Shown: positions 1 through 9,601, counted from the stretch's first letter. The stretch is DNA of 40,000 nucleotides from Halobacterium bonnevillei (GCF_009831555.1 NZ_WUUU01000002.1:14430-54429), one strand, 5' to 3'. Numbers and translations: made by a program. Notes: generated by a model not told the origin, from the letters alone.

Positions 1-1024
1 TCTCCGCGAGGTAGGGGGCCTCGTGGACGTCGAGGCCGACGCCGTGGCCGGTGCTGTGGAAGAACCCGTCCTCGGGGGAGTCGTGCGTCCGCAGGGTCGG
101 GTAGCCCGCGTCCTCGAAGACGTCGCAGACGGCGTCGTTGACGGCCGCCCCGGAGACGCCGGCTTCGATGGCGTCGAGGGCGGCCTCGTACGCCTCGACG
201 GTGCGGTCGTACCACTCCTCGACCTGGTCGGTGGGTTCGCCTTTCACGAACGTCCGCGTCACGTCCCCGAAGTACCGGGTCTCCTTGTGTCGCGGGAAGA
301 CGTCGACGACAATCGGGACGTCCGCTTCCAGCGGGCCCGACCCGGAGTCGTGGGCGCGTGCGGCCGACGGGCCGGACGCGACGATGCACTGGTCCATGGC
401 GCAGTCCTCCTCGAGGAGCGTTCGCTCGATTCGTCGGCGAACACGCTCGCTCGTGAGCACGTCCCCGTCGAGGTGCAGGACGCCGTCCGCGACGGACGCG
501 CGTTCCAGCAGGCCCTCGACTTCGGCCAGCGCCACCTCGTTGGCCTGCTGGGTCTGCCGGACGTGCTCGAGTTCCCGGTCGCTCTTGACCGCGCGAACCT
601 CGTCGGCGACGACGTAGTCGAAGTCGGCGGTGACCGCGACGCCGTGCTCGCGCAGCAGGTCCGCGGTGCCGGTCGGGAACGACACGGGGACTGCGACCGA
701 TTCGACGCCGTAGTCTGCGAGGAACTCGACAGTCACGAGTTTCTGGGCGCGGCGTGGGTCCATCCGGGCGGCCTTCTCGCGGTACCCGAACTCGGCGTAG
801 TTCCGGACGTCGTCGGCGTCGCTGTCGGTCTTCGCCCGCGTGTACTCCAGCGGTGAGACGAGGACGGCCACTGCGCCGTCCGCGTACAGCGTCACGAACT
901 CGTCGGGGGCGTGGTACCCCGAGAGGTAGTACTGGGTGCTGTCGTCGCCGGCCGCGTCGACGAGGTAGCCGTCGACATCCGTCTCGTCGAGATGCGAGGA
1001 CAGGCGGGGAATCGCTGGCGTCAT
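1..1024 (-). CDS. M24 family metallopeptidase (Xaa-Pro aminopeptidase/dipeptidase), partial; the C-terminus lies beyond the left edge
   Basis: This ORF is not in the supplied track because it runs off the window. I translated the minus strand by hand from the ATG at 1024-1022. It reads MTPAIPRLSSHLDETDVDGYLVDAAGDD...DRELEHVRQTQQANE...HSTGHGVGLDVHEAPYL. The HxxGHGxGLxVHExP block is the M24B signature. The plus-strand ORFs 23..856 and 138..617 are antisense artefacts. Confidence 0.8.
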   Translation of the reverse strand, partial: MTPAIPRLSSHLDETDVDGYLVDAAGDDSTQYYLSGYHAPDEFVTLYADGAVAVLVSPLEYTRAKTDSDADDVRNYAEFGYREKAARMDPRRAQKLVTVEFLADYGVESVAVPVSFPTGTADLLREHGVAVTADFDYVVADEVRAVKSDRELEHVRQTQQANEVALAEVEGLLERASVADGVLHLDGDVLTSERVRRRIERTLLEEDCAMDQCIVASGPSAARAHDSGSGPLEADVPIVVDVFPRHKETRYFGDVTRTFVKGEPTDQVEEWYDRTVEAYEAALDAIEAGVSGAAVNDAVCDVFEDAGYPTLRTHDSPEDGFFHSTGHGVGLDVHEAPYLAE

Positions 1025-1296
1025 GGGGACGACATCGTGCGACCCACGGATAAACGGCACTGTGGCTGGCCAGCACGCCACACGCCGGCCGCGCCCGTCC
1101 CGGACAGTACTTACGGCGTCGTCCCCGACGGTCAGGTAACCGAAACACGCGTCGTCCCCGAGGAGGACGCGGCCCGGCCGTCCCTGTCGATACTCGCACG
1201 CTGCGGTGTTGCCCGTTTTCGGCCGCGGTCCCGCCTCCTCTCCTGCTGTCGGCGGACTCGCTGCGAGTTCTGGGATTGCTCTGATCGGACCCACCT

Positions 1297-2643
1297 ATGG
1301 ACATCGAAATTGCGACTATCGGCGGCTACGAGGAAGTCGGGCGACAGATGACCGCAGTCCGTGCGGGCGACGACATCGTCGTCTTCGACATGGGGCTGAA
1401 CCTCTCGAAGGTACTGATCCACGACAACGTCCAGACGGAGCGCATGCACTCCCTGGACCTCATCGACATGGGCGCGATTCCGGACGACCGCGTCATGTCC
1501 GACCTCGAGGGCGACGTGAAGGCCATCGTGCCGACGCACGGCCACCTCGACCACATCGGCGCCATCGGGAAACTCGCCCACCGCTACGACGCGCCCATCG
1601 TCGCGTCCCCGTACACGCTGGAGCTCGTCCGCGAGGAGATCAACGACGAGGGCAAGTTCGCCGTCGACAACGACCTCGTGGAGATGGACGCCGGGGAGAC
1701 GATGGCCATCGGCGACCGCTGCGAACTCGAGTTCGTGAACGTCACACACTCCGTCATCGGCGCCATCAATCCCGTCCTCCACACGCCGGAGGGCGCCGTC
1801 GTCTACGGCCTCGACAAGCGCGTCGACCACACGCCGGTCGTCGGCGACCCAATCGACATGCAGCGGTTCCGCGAGATCGGCCGCGAGGGCGACGGCGTCC
1901 TCTGCTACATCGAGGACTGCACGAACGCCAACCGCAAGGGCCGCACGCCGAGTGAGGCCGTCGCCCGGCGCCAGCTCAAGGACGTCATGCACAGCATGGA
2001 GGACTGGGACGGCGGCATCGTCGCGACGACGTTCGCGAGCCACATCGCTCGCGTGAAGAGCCTCGTGGAGTTCGCCGACGACATCGGCCGCGAGCCGATT
2101 CTGCTCGGCCGCTCGATGGAGAAATACTCCGGCGCCGCCGAGCGCATCGGCGCCGTCACGTTCCCGGACAACCTCGGGATGTTCGGCCACCGCAAGTCCG
2201 TCGACCGGTCCCTGGAGCGCGTGATGAACGAGGGCAAGGAGAACTTCCTGCCCATCGTCACGGGCCACCAGGGCGAGCCCCGCGCGATGCTGACGCGGAT
2301 GGGCCGCGGCGAGACCCCCTACGACATCGAGGACGGCGACAAAGTCATCTTCTCGGCGGGCGTCATCCCCGAGCCGACCAACGAGGGCCAGCGCTACCAG
2401 AGCGAGCAGTTACTGCGGATGCAGGGCGCCCGCATCTACGACGACGTCCACGTCTCGGGCCACCTCCGCCAGGAGGGGCACTACCAGATGCTGGACGCGC
2501 TCCAGCCCCAGCACGTCATCCCCGCCCACCAGGACATGGAGGGCTTCTCGGGGTACGTCTCGCTCGCGAAGAGCCGGGGCTACACGCTCGGCCGCGACCT
2601 CCACGTCACCTCGAACGGCAACACCATCCAGCTCGTCGAGTAA
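1297..2643 (+). CDS. rnj: Ribonuclease J (archaeal beta-CASP metallo-beta-lactamase RNase)
   Basis: The 448-aa product starts at an ATG and carries the MBL motif [10 protein letters not shown]. Its length and layout match archaeal RNase J ([21 protein letters not shown]...HVSGH). Confidence 0.9.
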   Translation: MDIEIATIGGYEEVGRQMTAVRAGDDIVVFDMGLNLSKVLIHDNVQTERMHSLDLIDMGAIPDDRVMSDLEGDVKAIVPTHGHLDHIGAIGKLAHRYDAPIVASPYTLELVREEINDEGKFAVDNDLVEMDAGETMAIGDRCELEFVNVTHSVIGAINPVLHTPEGAVVYGLDKRVDHTPVVGDPIDMQRFREIGREGDGVLCYIEDCTNANRKGRTPSEAVARRQLKDVMHSMEDWDGGIVATTFASHIARVKSLVEFADDIGREPILLGRSMEKYSGAAERIGAVTFPDNLGMFGHRKSVDRSLERVMNEGKENFLPIVTGHQGEPRAMLTRMGRGETPYDIEDGDKVIFSAGVIPEPTNEGQRYQSEQLLRMQGARIYDDVHVSGHLRQEGHYQMLDALQPQHVIPAHQDMEGFSGYVSLAKSRGYTLGRDLHVTSNGNTIQLVE

Positions 2644-2687
2644 CCCCAGGCGCGGTCCTAGCAGTACTGGTCGTAGCAATCGCGTCC

Positions 2688-2819
2688 GTCACAGTCGCAG
2701 TCGCAGTCCCGGTCGTCACAGTCGGGGCCGTCACAGTCGTGGTCGACACAGTCGGGGCCGTCACAGTCGGGACCGTCACAGTCGTGGTCGACACAGTCGT
2801 GGTCGACACAGTCGGGGCC
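2688..2819. repeat. Imperfect tandem repeat with a 15-nt unit, G[T/A]CACAGTCG[G/T]GG[C/T/A]CC-like; seven units in strict register at 2715-2819, preceded by a degenerate GCAGTC sub-repeat
   Basis: Read directly from the sequence: gtcacagtcggggcc / gtcacagtcgtggtc / gacacagtcggggcc / gtcacagtcgggacc / gtcacagtcgtggtc / gacacagtcgtggtc / gacacagtcggggcc. The repeat sits between the convergent stops of rnj (2643) and the permease (2840). Confidence 0.85.
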
Positions 2820-2839
2820 GCACGAGTCCCGGGGCCCAG

Positions 2840-4231
2840 TTAGTGAGCGTGGTCGTGCCCGCTGGCGCTCGCCATCGGCCCGTGAGCGGCGTACTCCTCC
2901 GGGTTCGTTTCGAACGCGCGCTTGCAGGTCGCCGAGCAGAAGTGGTACGTCTCGTCGCCGTGGGTCGCTGCCGGGTCGCTCTCGTCGGCCCGCATCCCGC
3001 AGACCGGGTCGCGGTACTCGCCTGGCGCGCCGAGGCCGCGGCGATAGACGTACAGGAGGAACCCGGAGAGCGCGAACGCGACGAGGTTCAGGTAGAACGT
3101 GTAGTTCAGTTCGAAGTACGTCTGCTCGGTCGCAGTCTGGCCGCCCGCGAGGTTCGGCACGACGTCCAGCGCGGAGAACAGTTCCTCCATCAGGAAGCCC
3201 GTGAACGCCATCGTCACGAAGAACACGCCGAGGACGTACAGCATCACCCTCCAGCCGTAGTACTTCCGGTAGACGTTCAGGACGGGAATCGTGATGAGGT
3301 CGGCGTAGACGAACGCGATGACGCCCGCGAAGCTGACGCCGCCGCCCCAGAGCGCGACCGCGAACGGCACGTTGCCCATGCTCCCGACGAAGCTGACGAC
3401 GGCGATCGCAACGCCCATCACCGCGTTCTCGGCGGTGACGAGCAGGCCGTCGCCCTGCAGGAACAGCGCGTTCCAGACCCACTGCGGGACGAACACGATG
3501 ACGAACCCGGAGACGAGGAACCCCGCCACGACGTCCGTCCAGATCATCGACCACTCCTTGCGGTACTGGTTCGCGAGCCGGTACCAGCCACCCCAGGACT
3601 GGAGGTCCGCGCGCCAGCCGCCGGCGGCGGTCGTCTGCTGTCGGTACGTCTCCATGCAGCCCGCCGAGCAGAACTGCAGCGTCTCGCCGTCGTCGGTCGT
3701 GATGGTGTACTCGTCGCTGCCAGCCATGCCGCAGGTCGGGTCCTCGGTCACGCCGTGCTCGCGGTCGCGTTCGGCGAGCGTCTCGCGGACCTCCGCGAAC
3801 AGCGACTCCGGGAGCGTGAGGTGGACGATGCCCGCCATCACGGCGATGAGCACGAGGCCGCCGAGCAGTTCGGCGACCAGGAACTCCCACCCGAGCAGGA
3901 TGAGGATCATGAGGCCGAGTTCGACGATGAGGTTCGTCGACGCGAACATGAACGCGAGGACGTTCACGGCGTGCGCGCCCTTCTTGAACAGTCCCTTCCC
4001 GATGGCGACCGCGCCGAAACTACAGCCGCTGCTCGCGGCCCCGAACAGCGTCGCCTTCGCCAGACCGTCGAGGTCGCCGTTCCCGAGGACCGCCGCCATC
4101 CGCTCCTTGGAGACGTAGACCTGGACGAGACTCGTGACGGTCAACCCCATGATGATCGCCCAGGCCGCCGTCCAGAGGAAGCCGACGCCGATCCGCAGCG
4201 CCTCCAGGGTGGTCTCGAGAATCGGGCTCAT
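2840..4231 (-). CDS. Multi-pass permease (DUF318/ArsP-like, possibly a Cu/Zn efflux-type transporter) with two YHS/TRASH metal-binding domains
   Basis: The 463-aa product has many hydrophobic segments. One YHS-like block is internal (DPTCGMAGSDEYTITTDDGETLQFCSAGCMETY) and one is C-terminal (DPVCGMRADESDPAATHGDETYHFCSATCKRAFETNPEEY). The protein ends in the His-rich tail GHDHAH. Confidence 0.85.
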   Translation of the reverse strand: MSPILETTLEALRIGVGFLWTAAWAIIMGLTVTSLVQVYVSKERMAAVLGNGDLDGLAKATLFGAASSGCSFGAVAIGKGLFKKGAHAVNVLAFMFASTNLIVELGLMILILLGWEFLVAELLGGLVLIAVMAGIVHLTLPESLFAEVRETLAERDREHGVTEDPTCGMAGSDEYTITTDDGETLQFCSAGCMETYRQQTTAAGGWRADLQSWGGWYRLANQYRKEWSMIWTDVVAGFLVSGFVIVFVPQWVWNALFLQGDGLLVTAENAVMGVAIAVVSFVGSMGNVPFAVALWGGGVSFAGVIAFVYADLITIPVLNVYRKYYGWRVMLYVLGVFFVTMAFTGFLMEELFSALDVVPNLAGGQTATEQTYFELNYTFYLNLVAFALSGFLLYVYRRGLGAPGEYRDPVCGMRADESDPAATHGDETYHFCSATCKRAFETNPEEYAAHGPMASASGHDHAH

Positions 4232-4329
4232 GGTGTGCTGTCAAGGTCGCAGTCCAGCGTGGGATTGCTGCCACTGGCGGACACGATACAGCGCGGCCCG
4301 TCGGCGCTGGCCGGACGTCACTGCGTCTG

Positions 4330-4698
4330 TCATTGTTCCTCCCCGAGCAGCGCCTGTCGCCGGGTTTCGAATTCGTCGTCGTCGATGTCGCCGGCCGCGT
4401 AGCGTCGCCGGAGCACGGCGAGGGCGTCGTCGGGCTCGTCGCCGTCGGCGTCGCGACGAGAGAGCAACACGTAGCCGGCGTACACGGGAAGCCCGACGAG
4501 GACGAGGGTCCACACGAGCAGCCACAGGAACCCGAAGCCGCCAGTGTGGGTCCCCATCCAGCCGTCGTGGTGGTGGGTGCCGGCGTCGTCCCCGTGCGCG
4601 GCTGCCGTGCCGCTGAGGGCGGCGACGCTGACCAGGACGACGACGACAGCGACGGCGACGAGGTGCGCGAGCGAGCCTCGGCGGGTGCGTGCTTTCAT
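4330..4698 (-). CDS. SHOCT-domain membrane protein with a His-rich extracytoplasmic segment
   Basis: The ATG at 4698 gives MKARTRRGSLAHLVAVAVVVVLV, a signal or TM segment. It is followed by HGDDAGTHHHDGWMGTH, a second TM segment, and a C-terminal RRRYAAGDIDDDEFETRRQALL SHOCT motif. The track ORF extends to 4725, but the extension looks non-native. Confidence 0.7.
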   Translation of the reverse strand: MKARTRRGSLAHLVAVAVVVVLVSVAALSGTAAAHGDDAGTHHHDGWMGTHTGGFGFLWLLVWTLVLVGLPVYAGYVLLSRRDADGDEPDDALAVLRRRYAAGDIDDDEFETRRQALLGEEQ

Positions 4699-4950
4699 AT
4701 GTGGATGTACGCAAGACTGGTTCACCTCAATTGTGGTTGTAAATCTAACGTATCGACGCCCCCCGGATTTGGATTCGAAAGTCGCCCGGGATTCCCGCCG
4801 GAAGACTCGGCTCGGCGGACCCGAGTCGTCGACCGGGCAACCGGGGGGTCGTAGTCGTAGCCGGGCACCGCGGCATCTCGCCGGTCGCGTCGTCCGGCCG
4901 GACCGCGTGCGATGTCAACAACTATTGTCCCGCTTCGATAGCGTGCGTGT

Positions 4951-5715
4951 ATGTCGAAGTACATCGGCGTCGATTGGGCGTCGAAGGGCTGGTTCGGCGT
5001 CATCCTCGAGGACGACGGCTGGGACGCGGACCTGTTCCCCTCGATCTGGAGCCTGTGGAAGTACCACAGCGACGCGTCCCGCATCTGCGTCGACGTCCCC
5101 ATCGGCCTGCCGTCCGACGAGAAGCGGCCCTGTGACGTCGAGGCGAAAGCGAAACTGGGGCGCCGGCAGCGCAGCGTCTTCTACACGCCGGTCCGGGACG
5201 CGGTCTACGAACAGAACCTCGACGACGCGAAGGCGCTGAACGAGGCCCAGGCGGGGTTCAGCATCCAGAACCAGGCGTGGAGTATCGTCCCGCGGATCCG
5301 GGAGGTCGACGAGTTCCTCGACATGTATCCCAGCGCCCGCGACCGGCTCTACGAGACCCACCCCGAGGTGTGCTTCTGGGCGCTGAACGGCCGGACGCCG
5401 GTCGGCGAGTCCAAGCAGACGGCGGCCGGAGTCGACCGGCGGCGGGAGCTCCTCGTCGACGAGTACCCCGAGGCGGCCGACATCCTCGAGGAAGCCGTCG
5501 ACACGTACACGACGCCGAGTTACGCGCCGATGGTGAGCGGGGTGGACGACATCCTTGACGCGCTGGTCGCGGCCGTTACGGCTCGGCGGTCGACTGACGC
5601 GTGGGCGACGCTCCCGGTGGCGCCCGGGACCGACGAGCGCGACCTTCCGATGCGGATCGTCCATCCGTCCACGACGAACCAGACCCGGCTGTCGACCCTG
5701 GAACCGGACGCGTGA
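4951..5715 (+). CDS. DUF429 domain protein (predicted RNase H-like fold)
   Basis: The 254-aa product shows YIGVDWASKGWFGVIL, ICVDVPIGLP, RPCDVEAKAKLGRRQRSVFYTPVR and THPEVCFWAL. This pattern matches DUF429 family members as I remember them. Confidence 0.8.
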   Translation: MSKYIGVDWASKGWFGVILEDDGWDADLFPSIWSLWKYHSDASRICVDVPIGLPSDEKRPCDVEAKAKLGRRQRSVFYTPVRDAVYEQNLDDAKALNEAQAGFSIQNQAWSIVPRIREVDEFLDMYPSARDRLYETHPEVCFWALNGRTPVGESKQTAAGVDRRRELLVDEYPEAADILEEAVDTYTTPSYAPMVSGVDDILDALVAAVTARRSTDAWATLPVAPGTDERDLPMRIVHPSTTNQTRLSTLEPDA

Positions 5716-5903
5716 CGCCGCGGCCCGGACTCGGTGGGGGAGCCACCAGGCGAACGCACCGGGCGAATTCTGCCACAGCCCTCGAGCGGTCCAGTCGCTG
5801 CCACGTCGCCAGTGGCGGGACGTTATTTATACTTCCATGATAATCCCTGAACGTTGTTTCACCGGGCGGTAGAATTATCTGATTGCGTCCTATGTATGGG
5901 CGT

Positions 5904-6146
5904 ATGAGCACGACCAGTACTGACGAAGAACCAGTCGGCGCGCTCGAGGACATGCCCCCGAGCGCGAAACTCGTCGCCAAGGTACTCGAGTACAACGACG
6001 GCCTCACCCAGAAGCAACTCGCCGAGGAGACGCTGCTGCCCGACCGCACGGTCCGGTACGCCCTCACCCGCCTCGAGGAACAGAACCTCGTGGACTCCCG
6101 ATTCTCGTTTTCGGACGCACGCAAACGCGTCTACACGCTCAGCTGA
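5904..6146 (+). CDS. Small winged-helix (MarR/TrmB-like) transcriptional regulator
   Basis: The sequence SAKLVAKVLEYNDGLTQKQLAEETLLPDRTVRYALTRLEEQNLVD is a typical wHTH. Alternative starts are ATG 5892 and TTG 5883. An AT-rich TATA-like stretch at about 5871-5880 favours a leaderless start at 5904. Confidence 0.65.
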   Translation: MSTTSTDEEPVGALEDMPPSAKLVAKVLEYNDGLTQKQLAEETLLPDRTVRYALTRLEEQNLVDSRFSFSDARKRVYTLS

Positions 6147-6314
6147 CGCCTCGCCCGTCCCACCGCCGCGGCTCACCGCCCACCACGCACGACCCTCGAT
6201 CCGAGAGCGGTTCGCCCGGACTCCTCGGTTCTCGAAACTACCCTTCAACGCCGGACGTTCAACGATGGCCGGACGCCGGTCCGCGGCCAGACGACTGCCT
6301 CGCCGACAGCGAGG

Positions 6315-8009
6315 TCAGGGGTTCAGGCCCCAGAGGCCCGCTCGAACGAACACGAGCACGGGGATGATCTCCAGGCGACCGACCCACATGTTCAGGACGA
6401 ACATCGCCTCAGCCAGCCGCGACATCGTCGGGCCGGTGATGCCCGAGGAGAGCCCGACGTTCCCCTGCGCGCTGGCGACCTCGAACAGCGCGTCGGCGTA
6501 GCCGAAGTCCGGGCCCGCGACGTTCACGAGGACGATGCTGCCGGTGACGAGAACGAGCAGCCACAGCAACGTGACGATGGCGGCCTCGCTGAACTCGCGT
6601 TCCATCGCCTCGCGGTCCAGCGTGCGGTCGCCGATGCGGGCCGTGACGACCGCGTTCTTCGGCAGGAACACGCGAGAGAACTGCCAGATGATGCCGCGAG
6701 CGATGGTGTACCCGCGGATGAGTTTGATGCCGCCGACGGTGGACCCGGCGGCGCCGCCGAGCACCATCGCGCCGACGACCATCACCTTCGCGCCCGCCAG
6801 CCAGCGACCGATGGGAGCCGACTGGAACCCCGTACATGTCAGCGCGCTCACCCACTGGAACGTCGAGTCCCGGATCGCGTCGAGTTGCGCCGGGTCGAGC
6901 GACGGCACCGAGAACGGCAGGAACGACTGCGTGGCGAACGCGCCGGCCGTCGCCGGCGCGGACGACGCGTTCTGCAGCGAGAGCACGGCGACGCCGAACG
7001 CCAGCAACAGGAACAGCCACCGCGTCTGGAGGTCCGACACCAGTTCGCCGACGTCGCGGTCGTGCAGGACGACGTAGTGTACCGGGAACGCGATGGCGCC
7101 CAGAATCATGATCGGGAGCAGCGTCGTCTCCACGAGCGGGGAGTTGTACGTCGCGATGGAGTTGTCGGTGACCGAGAACCCGCCGGTCGTCAGACCCGTC
7201 ATCGCGTGGTTGAGCGACTGCCAGGCGACCTCCCACACGGACAGCGACTCCGCGTACTCGCTGCCGCTCGCGCGGATGGCCGCGAACAGCATGACGAACG
7301 CCAGCAGCGTGTACCCGACGACGAGTTTCCAGACCGTGCGGACCGTCGAGACGATGCTCGGGTGAATCCGCTCTTCGCGGGTTTCGCTTTGGTAGAGCGC
7401 GTAACTCCCGCTGCCGGGCCGCGAGAGAATCGACACCGTGAGGACGATGACGCCGACGCCGCCCACCCACTGGATGAGCGACCGCCACCACTGGATGGTC
7501 CGCGGCAGCGACGGTTCGCGGACGGCCATCGTCAGCCCGCTGCCCGTCCACCCGCTCATGCTCTCGAAGAGCGCGTGCAGCGGGTCCCGGAAGTACGCGA
7601 GACTGGACAGCGTCGTCGTTCCGCCGACGCTGACCGGCGCCCACGTGCTCGTGTCCAGTCCCACCGGGACGAACGTGTCCATGACGGCTGGCGGCGTCAG
7701 CCACGCGGTCAACAGGAAGGGGAGCGCGCCGAACGTCGCCACCATGAGCCACCCGACCGCGGCGATGACCATGCCGTGTTTCATCTTCGGGTTCGGGGCG
7801 TCCGCGAACCCGCGTCTGGCGAGGCCGCCGATGCCGGCGAGCACGCCGCCGGCGATCAGGAACCCGAGCGCGGCGTAGAACTCGCGGAACCCGAGCGCGA
7901 CGACGGTCGTGAACGTCATCAGCGCGGCTTCCATCAACAGCAGCGACCCGACGTCCCGCGCGATGATCTGCAGGTCCGTCGGGAGCACGTCGTCGTTGCG
8001 TGCAGCCAT
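6315..8009 (-). CDS. trkH: TrkH-family K+ uptake membrane subunit (module 1)
   Basis: The 564-aa polytopic protein has repeated M1-P-M2-like segments with GFSV/GLSSG-type filter glycines. It starts 2 nt after the trkA stop. Confidence 0.9.
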   Translation of the reverse strand: MAARNDDVLPTDLQIIARDVGSLLLMEAALMTFTTVVALGFREFYAALGFLIAGGVLAGIGGLARRGFADAPNPKMKHGMVIAAVGWLMVATFGALPFLLTAWLTPPAVMDTFVPVGLDTSTWAPVSVGGTTTLSSLAYFRDPLHALFESMSGWTGSGLTMAVREPSLPRTIQWWRSLIQWVGGVGVIVLTVSILSRPGSGSYALYQSETREERIHPSIVSTVRTVWKLVVGYTLLAFVMLFAAIRASGSEYAESLSVWEVAWQSLNHAMTGLTTGGFSVTDNSIATYNSPLVETTLLPIMILGAIAFPVHYVVLHDRDVGELVSDLQTRWLFLLLAFGVAVLSLQNASSAPATAGAFATQSFLPFSVPSLDPAQLDAIRDSTFQWVSALTCTGFQSAPIGRWLAGAKVMVVGAMVLGGAAGSTVGGIKLIRGYTIARGIIWQFSRVFLPKNAVVTARIGDRTLDREAMEREFSEAAIVTLLWLLVLVTGSIVLVNVAGPDFGYADALFEVASAQGNVGLSSGITGPTMSRLAEAMFVLNMWVGRLEIIPVLVFVRAGLWGLNP

Positions 8010-8010
8010 G

Positions 8011-8694
8011 CTAACTCTGATCTTCAGTGTGACCGAAGATGTCCGTCACCTCCGGCGTCGCGCCCTCGCCGGAGTAGACCGTGAGTAAGTCCCCGGCTTC
8101 GATGCGGGTGTCCCCACGGGGTGTGATGGGGTCGCCCTCGCCGTTCCGTTCGATCGCGACGATCAGCATCTCCGGCCCCAGGAGGCCCGCCTCGTCGGCC
8201 TCGAGCAGCGTCTTCCCGGCGAGTGGCGCGTCGTCCTCGACGGTGATTTCGAACACTTCCGCCGCCTCGCCGATGCGCATGAAGTCGACGATGGACGGCC
8301 GCTTGACCGCCCGGTAGAGGTTCTCGGCGATGAGTTTCTGGGGGTTCTGCATCGTGTTCACGCCGATCTGGCGGAACACGTTCATGTGTTCGGGGTTGCG
8401 GACCACCGAGACGATGTTCGGCACGTCAAGTTCCTGGGCCAGCAGGCTCACCATGATGTTCGTGGCGTCCTGGTCGGTCGTCGTAATGAGGGCGTCAGCG
8501 CGGTCCGCGCCCGCGTCGTTCAGCGTCTCCTTCGTCGTCGCATCGTCGTTGATGACGAGGCAGTCGTACTGCTGGGCCGCCGCTTCGGCCCGCTCCTCGT
8601 CGTACTCGATGACGACGACCTCGTTGCCCCCCGACGTGGCAATCTCGATGAGGGGGACCCCGATATCACCGGCGCCGACGATCACGATGTACAT
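8011..8694 (-). CDS. trkA: TrkA K+ uptake regulatory subunit (TrkA-N Rossmann plus TrkA-C/RCK_C), module 1
   Basis: MYIVIVGAGDIGVPLIE is the GxGxxG NAD-binding motif. The C-terminal RCK_C region reads EITVEDDAPLAGKTLLEA...IEAGDLLTVYS. Confidence 0.9.
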   Translation of the reverse strand: MYIVIVGAGDIGVPLIEIATSGGNEVVVIEYDEERAEAAAQQYDCLVINDDATTKETLNDAGADRADALITTTDQDATNIMVSLLAQELDVPNIVSVVRNPEHMNVFRQIGVNTMQNPQKLIAENLYRAVKRPSIVDFMRIGEAAEVFEITVEDDAPLAGKTLLEADEAGLLGPEMLIVAIERNGEGDPITPRGDTRIEAGDLLTVYSGEGATPEVTDIFGHTEDQS

Positions 8695-8842
8695 TTGCCG
8701 CAGTGTTCAGAACCGATGCCTGAAATACTACCGTTCTCCCCGTGGTCGGGGACCCCGGCGAACCGACGAGCGGTCCCCCGTCGCTGACCCGGTCGCATCG
8801 ACGAGCGGTCCCGTCTGCAGACCCGACCAGAACGACGAGGGG

Positions 8843-9601
8843 TCAGGACTGTTTCGCGTTGATTCCGCCGAATCCCTCGAGGGTCTCGTCGCCGATACCC
8901 GCGGGAGAGAACACGGACACGAGGTCCCCGGGGCGAATCTCCGTCCCGCCGTTCGCCGACAGCACCTCTTCGGCTCGCTCGATTGCCACCACGAGGACGT
9001 CGTCCCCGAGCAGCGCCTGGGCTTTCGCTTCGGCCAGCGTCTTCCCAGCGATTGGCGCGTCCTCCGTCACGGTCAGGTCCACGACCTGTGCCCCACCCAC
9101 GAGGCTCGTCACCTGCGTCGCCGGCTGCGCGTGCGGGGCGTCCGCCGGGCCGTACGGCTGGTATGACTGGTGGTACTCCTGCCGAATGAGGCTCTCCTCG
9201 TCGATGGTGACGCCGAGCTCCTCGATCTGGCTGGCGATCCGCTGGAGCGAACTCGTGTCCTCGCCGACCGCCTTCACGTGGAGGCCGTCGTCACCGGCCA
9301 TCACCTCGCGGACGTTCACCACACCCGGGATGTCCAGTACCTGCCTCGCCAACTGGTCGCGTTCGGAGACGCGCACGCTGCAGACGTACAGCCCCGTCAG
9401 CAGCCCTTCGGCGCGTTCGTAGTCGATGTCGGCCGGATAGCCGCGGACGATGCCGTGCTGTTCGAGCTGGCTGATGCGGTTGCGCACGGTGCCCGCCGAC
9501 ACGTTCAATTCCTCGGCGATCTCCGTTGCAGTCGTGTTCCTCGCGTCCGACCCGAGGTAGTACAGCGCCAGCCGGTCGATCTCGTCGAGTCGGTAGCCCA
9601 T
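8843..9601 (-). CDS. Lrp/AsnC-type HTH regulator fused to a C-terminal TrkA-C (RCK_C) domain, copy 1
   Basis: MGYRLDEIDRLALYYLGSDARNTTATEIAEELNVSAGTVRNRISQLEQHGIVRGY is an AsnC-type HTH. The C-terminal DLTVTEDAPIAGKTLAEA...IRPGDLVSVFS is RCK_C-like. The longer ATG at 9643 is possible, but its extension is not shared with the paralogue at 16087. Confidence 0.85.
   Translation of the reverse strand: MGYRLDEIDRLALYYLGSDARNTTATEIAEELNVSAGTVRNRISQLEQHGIVRGYPADIDYERAEGLLTGLYVCSVRVSERDQLARQVLDIPGVVNVREVMAGDDGLHVKAVGEDTSSLQRIASQIEELGVTIDEESLIRQEYHQSYQPYGPADAPHAQPATQVTSLVGGAQVVDLTVTEDAPIAGKTLAEAKAQALLGDDVLVVAIERAEEVLSANGGTEIRPGDLVSVFSPAGIGDETLEGFGGINAKQS

Noticed and set aside
2688-2819. The 15-nt tandem repeat as a CRISPR array, or the Cys-rich frame as the product of programmed -1 frameshifting
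   Set aside because: The units are directly adjacent with no spacers, and 15 nt is far too short for CRISPR repeats. I could not find an X XXY YYZ slippery heptamer in the last codons of the permease (..gcc agc ggg cac gac cac gct cac taa). Programmed frameshifting is therefore unsupported. An indel or non-coding repeat remain the explanations, as listed under findings.
23-4402. Long track ORFs such as 23..856(+), 1132..2268(-), 1206..1955(+), 2658..3890(-) and 2843..4402(+)
   Set aside because: They lie antisense to, or out of frame with, genes that have clear family signatures (M24 peptidase, RNase J, YHS permease). Their products are Arg/Pro/Gly/Asp-rich low-complexity strings, as expected for spurious open frames in 65 % GC DNA. 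The same reasoning applies to 6409..7752(-), 6885..8084(+), 9645..11828(+), 10222..11706(-), 12597..13511(-), 12836..14383(+), 18569..19357(-), 25787..26719(+), 36881..38128(+) and similar ORFs.
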